IMG/VR virus record: IMGVR_UViG_2767802241_000002
Coordinates: 32,001-96,000 of that record
Origin: a virus
Lineage: Duplodnaviria > Caudoviricetes
DNA length: 64,000 nucleotides
Reading direction: 5' to 3' (one strand)
Part shown: positions 1 through 8,813 of the stretch, piece by piece
Position numbering within the stretch: position 1 is the first letter of the stretch
Layout of the letters: the number at the start of each line of letters is the position of its first letter
Notes under the pieces: model-generated
Told to the model about the DNA's origin: nothing
Database searches by the model: none
The model's input: the letters and a program-made list of their open reading frames with translations, nothing else
Made by a program: the position numbers and the translations under genes

Positions 1-186
1 TTTAAACGCCAAGAGCTTGAGCGCCATCTGGCTAATGTGGTCGGTCGTGAATTAGCCCAATGGCAGCGTGATAATGGGCTTTGCGTACTTGATGTGGGTG
101 TTCGATTAGCGAATGTCTCCTGCATTGGTGGACCAAAACAGAACATCGTAACGAGCGTAAGTGTAGAACTCGACTACAAGCCGTAA
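1..186 (+). CDS. Partial phage hypothetical protein (3' end)
   Basis: Frame 1 is open from the window start (FKRQELERHL...ELDYKP*) and is followed by a terminator. Confidence 0.6.
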   Translation, partial: FKRQELERHLANVVGRELAQWQRDNGLCVLDVGVRLANVSCIGGPKQNIVTSVSVELDYKP

Positions 187-216
187 TTACCCAACAAATC
201 CGATCTACTTCTAACC

Positions 217-244
217 AAACCTGTCCATAGCGACAGGTTTTTTT
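217..244 (+). terminator. Intrinsic terminator
   Basis: AAACCTGTC-catagc-GACAGGTTT followed by a T-run. Confidence 0.7.
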
Positions 245-265
245 ATGCCTGAATTTTCTGTTTAC

Positions 266-332
266 CACTGGCTAGGGTAGCTCCTGAACTGAAGATGGTC
301 GTTTCGGCACTCATTGCATCTTCTTGCCAATG
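266..332 (+). ncRNA. C4-like antisense/attenuator RNA upstream of the antirepressor
   Basis: Closing stem CACTGGC/GCCAATG and inner stem GAAGATG/CATCTTC; segments GCTCCTGA and CACTCAT are complementary to ATGAGTG-TCTGGAGC (343-357), which covers the downstream RBS. Confidence 0.55.
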
Positions 333-363
333 TTCTTTTTCTATGAGTGTCTGGAGCATATCA

Positions 364-906
364 ATGAATGCAATCGTAAAAATTGAAGGTCAAACCCCTT
401 TTATTGAGGTTGAATTAAATGGGAAGGTGCAGTTTGGTGTTAATGCTCGCGACCTACACCGCTGGCTTGAGAGTAAGCAGGATTTTTCAACATGGATAAA
501 AAGACGAATTGCTAAGTACAAATTTCAAGAAAACATGGACTACCTGATCCATCAAGTGGTGGAGCAGGGTGTTAGTGGGGCAAAGCATAAAACAGAATAC
601 TTACTTACTGTAGATATGGCTAAAGAGTTGTCCATGGTTGAGTGTACGGATCGTGGGCGTGAAGTACGTCTTTACTATATTGAGCAGGAGGAATTGGCTC
701 GTCAGCTTAAAGACGGAATGCAGGTGCGAATTGGTAAGCTTTCAGCGCAAGTTGATCTGATGACACAGTGTTTGTCTGAAGCAGGGCGTTTCCTTTCAGT
801 TAATGGTAAGCAAACTAAGCCAGCCATGCTTAAAGAATTGGATGAGCTGATTAAAAAAGCCCAGCCACAGTTAGACTTCAAAGAGAATGATGAAGATGAA
901 TCTTAA
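364..906 (+). CDS. AntA/AntB-family antirepressor
   Basis: VNARDLHRWLESKQDFSTWIKRRI...YLLTVDMAKELSMVE motif; RBS GGAG before ATG 364. Confidence 0.85.
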   Translation: MNAIVKIEGQTPFIEVELNGKVQFGVNARDLHRWLESKQDFSTWIKRRIAKYKFQENMDYLIHQVVEQGVSGAKHKTEYLLTVDMAKELSMVECTDRGREVRLYYIEQEELARQLKDGMQVRIGKLSAQVDLMTQCLSEAGRFLSVNGKQTKPAMLKELDELIKKAQPQLDFKENDEDES

Positions 907-991
907 AAGGGTAGCATTTTAAATGTCACCCAAATAAATCCCACCCACCTCCTTAGCGGAGGTTTTTTACATCCAAAATAAGGAGGATGCC

Positions 992-1909
992 ATGTCGAGT
1001 GGCGCTAAAATTCGTCTCTACTATGCAGAGGAAGAGACGCCAGAAAATTTACCTGCTGCACCCATTTGGAAAACTGTACGCCGTGTAACTGATGGTTTGT
1101 CGGAATCTGTCACCACGGAGACATCGAATAGTGTTGCAGATACACGTTTCCGCCAAGGCGGTGTTGCTACGGAAGCGGAAATCACTGGGTCATTAGAAGT
1201 TGAACTTGCGGTTGGGCTGTTTGATGACTTCTGGTCCGCTGTTGCAATGAATGAATGGACCAGTGATTCGCTTGAATTTGGTGGCAATGTTCGCAAAACC
1301 TTTACCTTTGTGAAGTTGTTTGAAGATATTGGTCAAGTCTTTATTTATCGCGGCATTCGCATTGGTGAAGCTGGTCTATCTATTGCGACAACCGGAAAAA
1401 TTACGGCGACATTTGGTCTTGTTGGTACCGTCTTTGAGCGAACTACAACAAATCCAGTTGTTGATCCATTACCAGTGCCAGACGTTGTGCTTGCATCTGC
1501 AATCAATGTTGGTGATTTAAAAGTTAACGGCGAGACCGTTGTTGGCTCGGCTTGCATGCAGTCGCTAGAATTATCAATCAATAACAACTATGAAGCTGTA
1601 CGCTGTATTGGTTCGAAAAAACTCACAGCAACAACGTATTTAGAGAAAATTGTTGATATTACCGCGAATACACAATATGCATTCTCAGCTCAGTCCGCAT
1701 CATATTTAGATTTCGTAAAAACGCGAGATACGATGCCGCTTGAATTTTCTATCGAAGATAGCAAAGGCAATGGTTATGCATTTGAGTTCCCACAACTTGA
1801 AGTATCTGAAGCGAACCATCCTGATGGCGGTGGTGATGACATGATTACACTGGATGTAAATTTCAATCATATTGAAGTTTCACCAAAAATCACTCGCGTT
1901 ATTGTTTAA
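992..1909 (+). CDS. Major tail (tube) protein
   Basis: 305 aa, acidic and beta-rich; strong RBS AGGAGG; lies before the TAC gene. Confidence 0.85.
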   Translation: MSSGAKIRLYYAEEETPENLPAAPIWKTVRRVTDGLSESVTTETSNSVADTRFRQGGVATEAEITGSLEVELAVGLFDDFWSAVAMNEWTSDSLEFGGNVRKTFTFVKLFEDIGQVFIYRGIRIGEAGLSIATTGKITATFGLVGTVFERTTTNPVVDPLPVPDVVLASAINVGDLKVNGETVVGSACMQSLELSINNNYEAVRCIGSKKLTATTYLEKIVDITANTQYAFSAQSASYLDFVKTRDTMPLEFSIEDSKGNGYAFEFPQLEVSEANHPDGGGDDMITLDVNFNHIEVSPKITRVIV

Positions 1910-1949
1910 GAAAGCCGCCTACGGGCGGTATATTTTTGGAATATGAAAA

Positions 1950-2420
1950 ATGGCTTTAAAAGTTCAAATCGAAAAAAGCAAGCAAGTTTGCCAGTGGAAA
2001 GAGTACAAGGATGTCGAAGGCAATGTGCTGGCAGAGTTTCAGATCAATGGTATCAACAACAAAGCGTATTTGGTCGCCGTGGAGCGTGCGTCAAATCAGA
2101 TTAACCAAAAGGGCTTTGATGTTACTGCGGCAGATGCTAGTGATAAGTTGTATCACGAATTGTTAATGGAAGCTGTAGCATGCCACTTAATCAAAGATTG
2201 GAAAGGCGTCACATTTGACGAAAATGGCGAAGTAATTGAACCGCCGTATTCTAAAGAAGCAGCTATCAAGCTGCTCACAAGTGGCGATATTGGCATTTAT
2301 CTTTGGGCCTTTATCAAAGAGCAAGCCGTAAAGATTCAAGAAGAAGCCAACAAGGTAAAGCTTGATACCTTGGGAAAGTCCGAAAGCTCTACGAGTGGCA
2401 AACCCAGCACGGAATCCTAA
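1950..2420 (+). CDS. Tail assembly chaperone (gpG-like)
   Basis: Follows the tube gene; IKDWKGV...PYSKEAA motif; carries a slippery site. Confidence 0.85.
   Translation: MALKVQIEKSKQVCQWKEYKDVEGNVLAEFQINGINNKAYLVAVERASNQINQKGFDVTAADASDKLYHELLMEAVACHLIKDWKGVTFDENGEVIEPPYSKEAAIKLLTSGDIGIYLWAFIKEQAVKIQEEANKVKLDTLGKSESSTSGKPSTES
2372..2378 (+). other. -1 programmed frameshift site G GGA AAG
   Basis: Same heptamer as lambda G/GT, in the correct phase; the -1 frame is open to 2689. Confidence 0.85.
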
Positions 2421-2689
2421 CCGAACATCAAAAAAAGCAACGCAAGGCGATGGGGATTAAAGAAGTCCCATCGCCTGAATATTCGCATATAGCTGCCGAT
2501 CTATTGGGTGCGTATCACATGATTTCGCGCTCACGGCGTTACGAGCAAGGTATTCCGCTATCTATCTCAATTGCTGATATTGAAAGCTATATCGATATGT
2601 ATGACTGCCCAATTGAGCTACACATCTTTGTAGAAGCCATCTTCATGCTAGATGATTTGTTCATTGAAAAGGCTTGTGAGAAGAAGTGA
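2378..2689 (+). CDS. Tail chaperone frameshift extension (gpT-like)
   Basis: The -1 frame reads VRKLYEWQ... into ORF 2450-2689 (SRSRRYEQGIPL). Confidence 0.8.
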   Translation, partial: VRKLYEWQTQHGILTEHQKKQRKAMGIKEVPSPEYSHIAADLLGAYHMISRSRRYEQGIPLSISIADIESYIDMYDCPIELHIFVEAIFMLDDLFIEKACEKK

Positions 2690-2937
2690 TGGAGGATAAT
2701 TTACTATTTTTTACGACATTGTTTGTCGTAGGAGCTATTTAGTGATTTGTAATTTATTATTTGTGGTATATATTAATAAAGGGTAAGGCATCTTACCTTT
2801 TGTCGTATTTAAATTATGACAAATTATTGAATATTTAGGAGTTATCATGAAAGCGTTCACTAAGCTACGACAATGTTAAGCCTTAAGTTGTTCTACTCTT
2901 TAGGTGTTGGTTTTGGGGCTTATTGTGGAGGTGTATT

Positions 2938-3471
2938 ATGACAAAAACATATGCGGCAATGGACATTGCAAATTATATTATTTGGTTTGCAAATAATAGC
3001 TTAGAGTTAAGCATAACGAATCTTCAGCTTCAAAAATTTTTATATTTTTCCTATGTTGAATACTTAATAGGGTGTAATGATCGACTTTTTTCAGATTCTA
3101 TTGAAAAATGGCAATATGGGCCAGTTGTTCCTTCGGTTTATCATGCGTTTAAAGATTATGGATTTTTTAGTATAAGTAAACCTAAGGAAGAGTTTGATGT
3201 AACATTTATTGATGGTCGGTTGCAACTTATAGAAAAAAAGTTTGATCCAAATTTAATTAATTCTGAGTTTAGAGTAAGCAGTTCAATTCAAAAAATTATT
3301 AATAAATGGATTGAAGAAGATCCATTTAAGATGGTTGAGTTTACTCATAAAGAGCCAATGTGGAAGGATTATGAGGATAGAATCTTAAGTGGTGAAAGGG
3401 GGTTGGAGTATGGTGATGATGAGATTAAAAGCTTTTATCAAAAAGAAAGCAGAAGTGGTCTACCTTTTTAA
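2938..3471 (+). CDS. Panacea/SocA (DUF4065) antitoxin
   Basis: AMDIANYII...TNLQLQKFLYF...IEKWQYGPVVPSVY...THKEPMW motifs. Confidence 0.85.
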   Translation: MTKTYAAMDIANYIIWFANNSLELSITNLQLQKFLYFSYVEYLIGCNDRLFSDSIEKWQYGPVVPSVYHAFKDYGFFSISKPKEEFDVTFIDGRLQLIEKKFDPNLINSEFRVSSSIQKIINKWIEEDPFKMVEFTHKEPMWKDYEDRILSGERGLEYGDDEIKSFYQKESRSGLPF

Positions 3472-3485
3472 AACTTGAAATTTTT

Positions 3486-4268
3486 ATGACTAAGATATCC
3501 CCACCCACTGTAGATGGTATAAAGATTTTAATAAATGTATTTCTCAATCACAAAGAGTATATGCATGTGGTTGAGGATGCTTCGCACATTATTTGTCAAT
3601 TAATACACAAACATAAAGATGCTTTGATTAAAATTGATAAAAATGGTCACCCAAACTATAATTTACCATATGATAAAATTGCTGATGAAATATACAATCA
3701 TAAAAATACAATATTTTTTGAATCACTATCAACATTCGTGAATACTGTTCATCCTTATGTTGAAAAAGGAAATGATATTCAAGTTACTATTTCCTACCGT
3801 AAGCTAACAAGGCACATTTTACTTGCTGTAAGACAAAAGAATTTTATTACAGAGGTTACTAGGGATGCTAAAACAGTAGCTGAAAAAGCCTCAAATACAG
3901 CTAAAGAGGCTGAAAGTTTAGCTGATGCTACCAAGAAGGAGTTAAAGGATTCCGTAGTAAGCTACATAACAATTCTGGGTATATTTGCTACAATTATTTT
4001 TGCTTTATTTGGGGCTGTTAACTTAATTAGTGCTGTGAATTCTCTTTTAGCTAGCGAGAACAGACCTAAACTTACAACTATACTATTACTAACAAGCGTA
4101 TTGGTGGCATCTATATCCACACTTCTGGTTATGTTGATGTCATGGTTGAATGAGGTTAAAGGGCTAGGAGAGGCGCGCTGGCGAGATAGAGTCTATTTAA
4201 AGATATATTCTGCTGTGTTGGTAGTTAGTGGAATAATGTTTTTAATATCGGCCTATAGGTTAATGTAG
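3486..4268 (+). CDS. Putative membrane toxin partner of the Panacea antitoxin
   Basis: Operonic with DUF4065; coiled coil followed by ~3 C-terminal hydrophobic helices; AT-rich. Confidence 0.55.
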   Translation: MTKISPPTVDGIKILINVFLNHKEYMHVVEDASHIICQLIHKHKDALIKIDKNGHPNYNLPYDKIADEIYNHKNTIFFESLSTFVNTVHPYVEKGNDIQVTISYRKLTRHILLAVRQKNFITEVTRDAKTVAEKASNTAKEAESLADATKKELKDSVVSYITILGIFATIIFALFGAVNLISAVNSLLASENRPKLTTILLLTSVLVASISTLLVMLMSWLNEVKGLGEARWRDRVYLKIYSAVLVVSGIMFLISAYRLM

Positions 4269-4282
4269 AAATTCGCCCAAAC

Positions 4283-4307
4283 AAAAACCACCTTCGGGTG
4301 GTTTTTT
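4283..4307 (+). terminator. Intrinsic terminator
   Basis: AAAAACCACC-ttcg-GGTGGTTTTTT. Confidence 0.75.
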
Positions 4308-4403
4308 AATACCAGCAAGGTAAAGCACCCTAGGGTGTTCTTTATGGCCAACAGTAATTTATCAAAACTCTGTAATTTTTGAGTTTTCTTATTAGGAGTA
4401 ACA

Positions 4404-4718
4404 ATGAAACTAGAGAATATCGTGTTAGTCGAAAATCGTCTGCATGATAATTCGACACAGATCTATTTTGAAGATATACCTTATGATGGCGATGAGTTTT
4501 TCGTACCTGTTGGAAATCACATAAATCCGATTGGGTATTTAAAGTTTAAACAAATTGCTAAGAAAGGCTGCTTTGAATTATGCGAATTAGTGTCTCAAGA
4601 TTATCCCAACCCAAGTCCACAATTTTCGTTGTCAGGTGTTTTATACTCTCGGCAGAAAGCGATCGAAGCCCATCAATCAATTTACGCTTATCAGCAGGTG
4701 GTAAATCTGTTGCCATGA
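4404..4718 (+). CDS. Hypothetical protein
   Basis: RBS AGGAG before ATG; overlaps a convergent ORF by ~160 nt. Confidence 0.45.
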   Translation: MKLENIVLVENRLHDNSTQIYFEDIPYDGDEFFVPVGNHINPIGYLKFKQIAKKGCFELCELVSQDYPNPSPQFSLSGVLYSRQKAIEAHQSIYAYQQVVNLLP

Positions 4719-5064
4719 TTTTAGATTCAAGTAAAAGCTTCAACTGATCTGCTTCAAATTTTATTGTGACAACCCCTAGAATTGCCGACAGTCCACCATC
4801 ATCAGCAAGAAAATCTAATCCCTTTTGGTTAATGGTTGGTGTTTGAAATTGAAAAGATCTATTACCCTTGTCATCAAGGCTTCGGGAGATATTTACACTG
4901 GTGTGCTCAACCAATCCGTGCTGCATTAGATAATAAAGATTTGCTACAGCTATACAGTACTCCTCTGTGCCAAAATCATACTCCTCATCAAATTTATAAT
5001 GGTTTGGATATGAGCTCTCCATCTTTTTCAATAATTCTAATTGCAGCTGTCGATCTAAAATCAT
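4558..5064 (-). CDS. Hypothetical protein, possibly winged-helix
   Basis: 168 aa with NLYYLMQHGLV and TINQKGLDFL wHTH-like patterns; co-oriented downstream of the mnt-like gene. Confidence 0.7.
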   Translation of the reverse strand: MILDRQLQLELLKKMESSYPNHYKFDEEYDFGTEEYCIAVANLYYLMQHGLVEHTSVNISRSLDDKGNRSFQFQTPTINQKGLDFLADDGGLSAILGVVTIKFEADQLKLLLESKIMATDLPPADKRKLIDGLRSLSAESIKHLTTKIVDLGWDNLETLIRIIQSSLS

Positions 5065-5091
5065 GAAACGTCCGTGTTGATTAGTAGTGTT

Positions 5092-5343
5092 TTACTTTTC
5101 TTGGTTTTTTAAAAGATCTGTGATCATTTGAAAGTATTTACGATTACTCTCCATGCTTTGATTTAGCATTTTTCTAAGATCATCAACTTCCCATGAGTTT
5201 GAATCTGTATTTTTAAAGCTTTCTTCTAATCGATAAACAGCTTCCGCCGTTATGGTTCTACCATTCTCCAGCGCAGCTTTTTCAATTTTTTCCTTAAGTT
5301 CCATTGGAACGCGAAGGTTCATTTGCGGATCGTTGCGAGCCAT
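5092..5343 (-). CDS. Arc/Mnt-family ribbon-helix-helix repressor (Mnt-like, module A)
   Basis: MARNDPQMNLRVPMELKEKIEKAALENGRTITAEAVYRL resembles P22 Mnt/Arc. Confidence 0.9.
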   Translation of the reverse strand: MARNDPQMNLRVPMELKEKIEKAALENGRTITAEAVYRLEESFKNTDSNSWEVDDLRKMLNQSMESNRKYFQMITDLLKNQEK

Positions 5344-5381
5344 GGTGAATCCAAAATCTAACACTCGTTAGATATTATTGC

Positions 5382-5437
5382 ATCACAGTGCTTTACATCA
5401 ATAAAGCACTGTGCTTTAATGTGATCACGGTGCTTTA
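5382..5437. promoter_or_regulatory. Three operators in the divergent promoter region (module A)
   Basis: ATCACAGTGCTTTA, the palindrome TAAAGCAC-T-GTGCTTTA (5402-5418) and ATCACGGTGCTTTA. Confidence 0.75.
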
Positions 5438-5449
5438 TTTGAGGTTGAA

Positions 5450-5602
5450 ATGGCAAGAACTGATACTCAGGTTGCGATACGTGTGCCACCTGAACTTCAT
5501 AAACAACTTAAAGAGAAATCTTTAAAAGAAGAGCGTTCAATGAATTACTTGATTAATAAGGCAATTGAACTTTTATTGAAACCAGAGAGTGCGAAAGCAT
5601 GA
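5450..5602 (+). CDS. Arc-like repressor (50 aa, absent from the ORF track)
   Basis: MARTDTQVAIRVPPELHKQLKEKSLKEERSMNYLINKAIELLL is an RHH pattern; RBS GAGG. Confidence 0.85.
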   Translation: MARTDTQVAIRVPPELHKQLKEKSLKEERSMNYLINKAIELLLKPESAKA

Positions 5603-5608
5603 AACCAG

Positions 5609-5694
5609 CAGACAACAAAAAAGCCCATGATCTTGGCGGACAGGGCTTAATTGATGTCAACATAAAGGAAAATATTATGACAACTATGAGTCTA
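5609..5694 (-). ncRNA. Putative Sar-like antisense RNA over the ant RBS (module A)
   Basis: Minus-strand -10 TAGACT within the first ant codons; minus-strand terminator AAGCCC-N-GGGCTTTTTT; homologous copy at 10071-10124. Confidence 0.5.
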
Positions 5695-6567
5695 CAACAA
5701 ATCACAGTGCCTTTCCATAATGCTGAACTATATTTGGTTGAACATGATGGGCAACCTTATGTCCCCATGCGCTCAATTGTGCAGGGCATTGGGTTGGATT
5801 GGAAAAGTCAGTTTGTTAAGCTAAAACAGCGATTTTCGACCTGCGTGGTGGAAATCACCATGCAGATATTAGGAGACGATCAGGCACGTTCTCACACTTG
5901 CTTACTTCTGCGAAAACTACCAGCGTGGCTTTATTCAATTCACGCAAACAAAGTAAAACCAGAACTTCGAGATACTGTAATTAAGTACCAAGAGGAATGC
6001 GACGATGTGCTCTGGGATTATTGGACAAAGGGGCAAGCGATCAACAAGCGCCAGTCAATCACCCCTGAACAACAGGCGTCACTACAGGCAATTGTAGCGC
6101 GCCGTTCAGGTGGAGAGCGCAAAGCAATGGCTGAAATGTGGGCTCGGCATAATCAGCATTTCAAGATTGCAAAGTACAGTCAGCTTCTATCAATCCATTT
6201 TCCCGAAGCTATCAGTTATCTTGAAACAATGGAGATCAAAGCAAAACCTGAGCAGCAATTAAGCATGGTAGTATTTGAAGACAAAGCAACTTATGAGCTT
6301 GTGCGAAAATTGACTGAAGCAGTTATTCTTGAAAATGATGAAATCGTGCCTTTGTTATCTGCTATAAAGATTATAGATGAGAGGAAGTATGCATTTTATG
6401 CGCATCGAGTAGTGTGTGCGAATGAAGCAGCAAGAAAAGTGAGTAGAGCGCTTGATTTTAGAAATGGCTTGGGCGAGCCTTTGATTGACCAATCTTGCAG
6501 AGTAATTGCTCTTTCAACAGGTCAGCGGTTCGTGGCTCGACCGAACTGGTTTAACTGCGAAGCTTAA
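5677..6567 (+). CDS. P22 Ant-like antirepressor (P22_AR N-terminal domain)
   Basis: TVPFHNAELYLVEHDGQPYVPMRSIVQGIGLDWKSQ...YQEECDDVLWDYW. Confidence 0.85.
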   Translation: MTTMSLQQITVPFHNAELYLVEHDGQPYVPMRSIVQGIGLDWKSQFVKLKQRFSTCVVEITMQILGDDQARSHTCLLLRKLPAWLYSIHANKVKPELRDTVIKYQEECDDVLWDYWTKGQAINKRQSITPEQQASLQAIVARRSGGERKAMAEMWARHNQHFKIAKYSQLLSIHFPEAISYLETMEIKAKPEQQLSMVVFEDKATYELVRKLTEAVILENDEIVPLLSAIKIIDERKYAFYAHRVVCANEAARKVSRALDFRNGLGEPLIDQSCRVIALSTGQRFVARPNWFNCEA

Positions 6568-6627
6568 TTTTTTGATTCAGCAACCCTTAAATTTTAAGCC
6601 TATGTAAAGCAAAAGCCGCCTTATAGC

Positions 6628-8017
6628 TAATGCCAGTCAGTTAAGGCTTGACTGGCATTTTTTTCGGATATTTTTTAGGTTTGCCTTTCACTACCCTTGG
6701 GCAACTTCTCTGCCTTCTTTCAGGGATAATGAACATGGCTGACTGATCCAATAAACGAGCTAAATGCTTTGGAAGGTTCCCTGCTGATTCTAAGGGTGTA
6801 TGTCTTAATATATTGATAATGGCTATTGAGGCAATATGAAAGCTAATTCTTAATGGGCTTATATTTTGCGTTTGAGCCATAACCTTTATTTGTCTTCTCA
6901 ACACATTGTAAGCAATCAATACCCCCCATAATTCTTGATAAACCAATTCAGGTTGCTTGCTTCTTAAATTCAGTCCGTCCTGTAAATCGCTCTTTATCTC
7001 TCGATAACACATCTCTATTTCCCAACGCTGAATGTATAGATCAGCTAAATCTTTCATTGGGTAAAGCTTTGAATCTAATAGTGATGTTATGTAACGTCGA
7101 GTTCGACCTTGGTGCTGAACTTCAATCAGACGTGCTTCCCAGAACTGACCTAATTCAGGATTTAACTTTTGCGCTCTTGGTGAAATTGGCATACGAACCA
7201 AGAAATCTTGCTTTGAGTTTTTCGAAATAAGTTCATAACGTAAGTTATCTTTGGCGCGCATTAACCAATGGCTATTTACACCTGTAGATTGCCAATGAAT
7301 CAGAAAATCTGCAGAGAAATACGCTCGATCAAACAAAGTAATGCTTTGATCAGGAACGAGTAACTCTTTTGCTAATGTGAGTTCACCTTTGCCCATATCC
7401 CCAATTTGAGCATCGATAATTTCATGTGTATTGGTATTGATGAGGCAAGTCGCCCGCACTTGGGGCCAAGGGGCTACTTCTGTTTTACCTTTAGATGAAC
7501 CAAAGTGAGCAAAGTTTTCAGGGGTATGTGGCATTAACCAAACCACGCCATCAACTGCACAGACATTTAACTCATGGAAAGTTGCGTATTGAGAGAATGA
7601 TTCTTTAGACCATGATTGACTCAATTGATTAAAGAGCACTTTTAATGGCTCTAAACCTAGGCGCTGTCTAGCTTGAACAGATGCACTTGGGGCACACGGA
7701 GGTTGAGATCCAAAGACTAATTGTAATTGCTCGACAACAAACCAAATGGGCTGATTTCGAAATAAAGCAAGTCCTATCACAAGCCAGACGACATGTTCGG
7801 CAGGCAACTTTCTTTTTCGGATTGAAGCTTTTCCTGTTTCGGATAAGCTTTTTTCAATCCAGTCATGATCAATAAGTTCACTAAACTTATCTAGGCTAGG
7901 TATTGATTGTTGCAAGACTGAATCTATATTTTGAGCAAAAGACATAAAAAATGAGCGTAATTTGATACGCTCATTTTTACTATATTTTAGACTTTTTGTC
8001 TTAACTGATCAGCATTA
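6628..8017 (-). mobile_element. IS4-family insertion sequence, 1390 bp, with a 10-bp target duplication
   Basis: TIRs TAATGCCAGTCAGTTAAG / CTTAACTGATCAGCATTA; DR GCCTTATAGC at 6618-6627 and 8018-8027. Confidence 0.95.
6641..7945 (-). CDS. IS4 DDE transposase
   Basis: AVDG, LFDRAY and YIQRWEIEMCYREIK (YREK) motifs. Confidence 0.95.
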   Translation of the reverse strand: MSFAQNIDSVLQQSIPSLDKFSELIDHDWIEKSLSETGKASIRKRKLPAEHVVWLVIGLALFRNQPIWFVVEQLQLVFGSQPPCAPSASVQARQRLGLEPLKVLFNQLSQSWSKESFSQYATFHELNVCAVDGVVWLMPHTPENFAHFGSSKGKTEVAPWPQVRATCLINTNTHEIIDAQIGDMGKGELTLAKELLVPDQSITLFDRAYFSADFLIHWQSTGVNSHWLMRAKDNLRYELISKNSKQDFLVRMPISPRAQKLNPELGQFWEARLIEVQHQGRTRRYITSLLDSKLYPMKDLADLYIQRWEIEMCYREIKSDLQDGLNLRSKQPELVYQELWGVLIAYNVLRRQIKVMAQTQNISPLRISFHIASIAIINILRHTPLESAGNLPKHLARLLDQSAMFIIPERRQRSCPRVVKGKPKKYPKKMPVKP

Positions 8018-8119
8018 GCCTTATAGCGGTTTTTGCTTTTATAATTTAGTCTAATAAATCTTATAGTTATCTTTATTCTTTGTTATCATGTTTACGCAAT
8101 TTAACAAAGCAGAAATATT

Positions 8120-8731
8120 ATGAATAAATTATTTGTTGCCATATTGGCTAGTTTCGCTATTTGCTCAAATGCACAGGCTGGAAACCTATCACCAAAGTCG
8201 GTATTTGCAGAATACTCCTATCAAAAGGGTGATTTTGAGAATGATAATGGGGTTGATATGAATGGTTTTGGTATTGGACTTTCATCTTCACCGCAAGCAA
8301 GCGGTTGGTGGGGTAAGTTTGAATATCAGAGCAATAGTGATTTTGATGGCGATTATTACGAAGTTTCAGGCGGTGGTCATTATAACTTTTTGAGCAATGA
8401 TCGCTTTTATGCACTTGGTACGGTTGGTTTGGGGGTTGGTGTATTGGATGTTGATAGTTTTGATAATACATCTTACATTACGATTCCCTTAGGGTTGGAA
8501 GCTGGGGTTAATTTAAATAAAAACTTTTCTGTTTACGGCGGTGTTGGGTACAAGTGGGCTTTTGATGTAAGTAATAATGATAAAACTCGTTGTAATGACG
8601 GCTCAACAAGCAATAGTTCTGGATCCGGATCTTGTTCTCATCATGGTGGGGTGAACTATTATTACGCTTCGAATAGTATAGGTGATTTTGATGGCGTCAC
8701 CTATAAGGCAGGCTTGCGTTATAATTTTTAA
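8120..8731 (+). CDS. Outer-membrane beta-barrel protein with a Cys/His loop insert
   Basis: Signal peptide (AQA), alternating beta strands, C-terminal YNF; loop CNDGSTS...CSHHGGV. Confidence 0.8.
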   Translation: MNKLFVAILASFAICSNAQAGNLSPKSVFAEYSYQKGDFENDNGVDMNGFGIGLSSSPQASGWWGKFEYQSNSDFDGDYYEVSGGGHYNFLSNDRFYALGTVGLGVGVLDVDSFDNTSYITIPLGLEAGVNLNKNFSVYGGVGYKWAFDVSNNDKTRCNDGSTSNSSGSGSCSHHGGVNYYYASNSIGDFDGVTYKAGLRYNF

Positions 8732-8741
8732 ATAGCACAAT

Positions 8742-8766
8742 AAAAACCACCCAAAGGTGGTTTTTT
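8742..8766 (+). terminator. Intrinsic terminator
   Basis: AAAAACCACC-caaa-GGTGGTTTTTT. Confidence 0.75.
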
Positions 8767-8813
8767 ATCACCCAATTAACGATAATGATCTCATTGTTTA
8801 AATTGGGGTTATT

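Noticed and set aside
8781-8799. Canonical Fur box
   Set aside because: GATAATGATCTCATTGTT is one base short of the 19-bp consensus and GATAAT could simply be a -10 element; kept only as a repeated element
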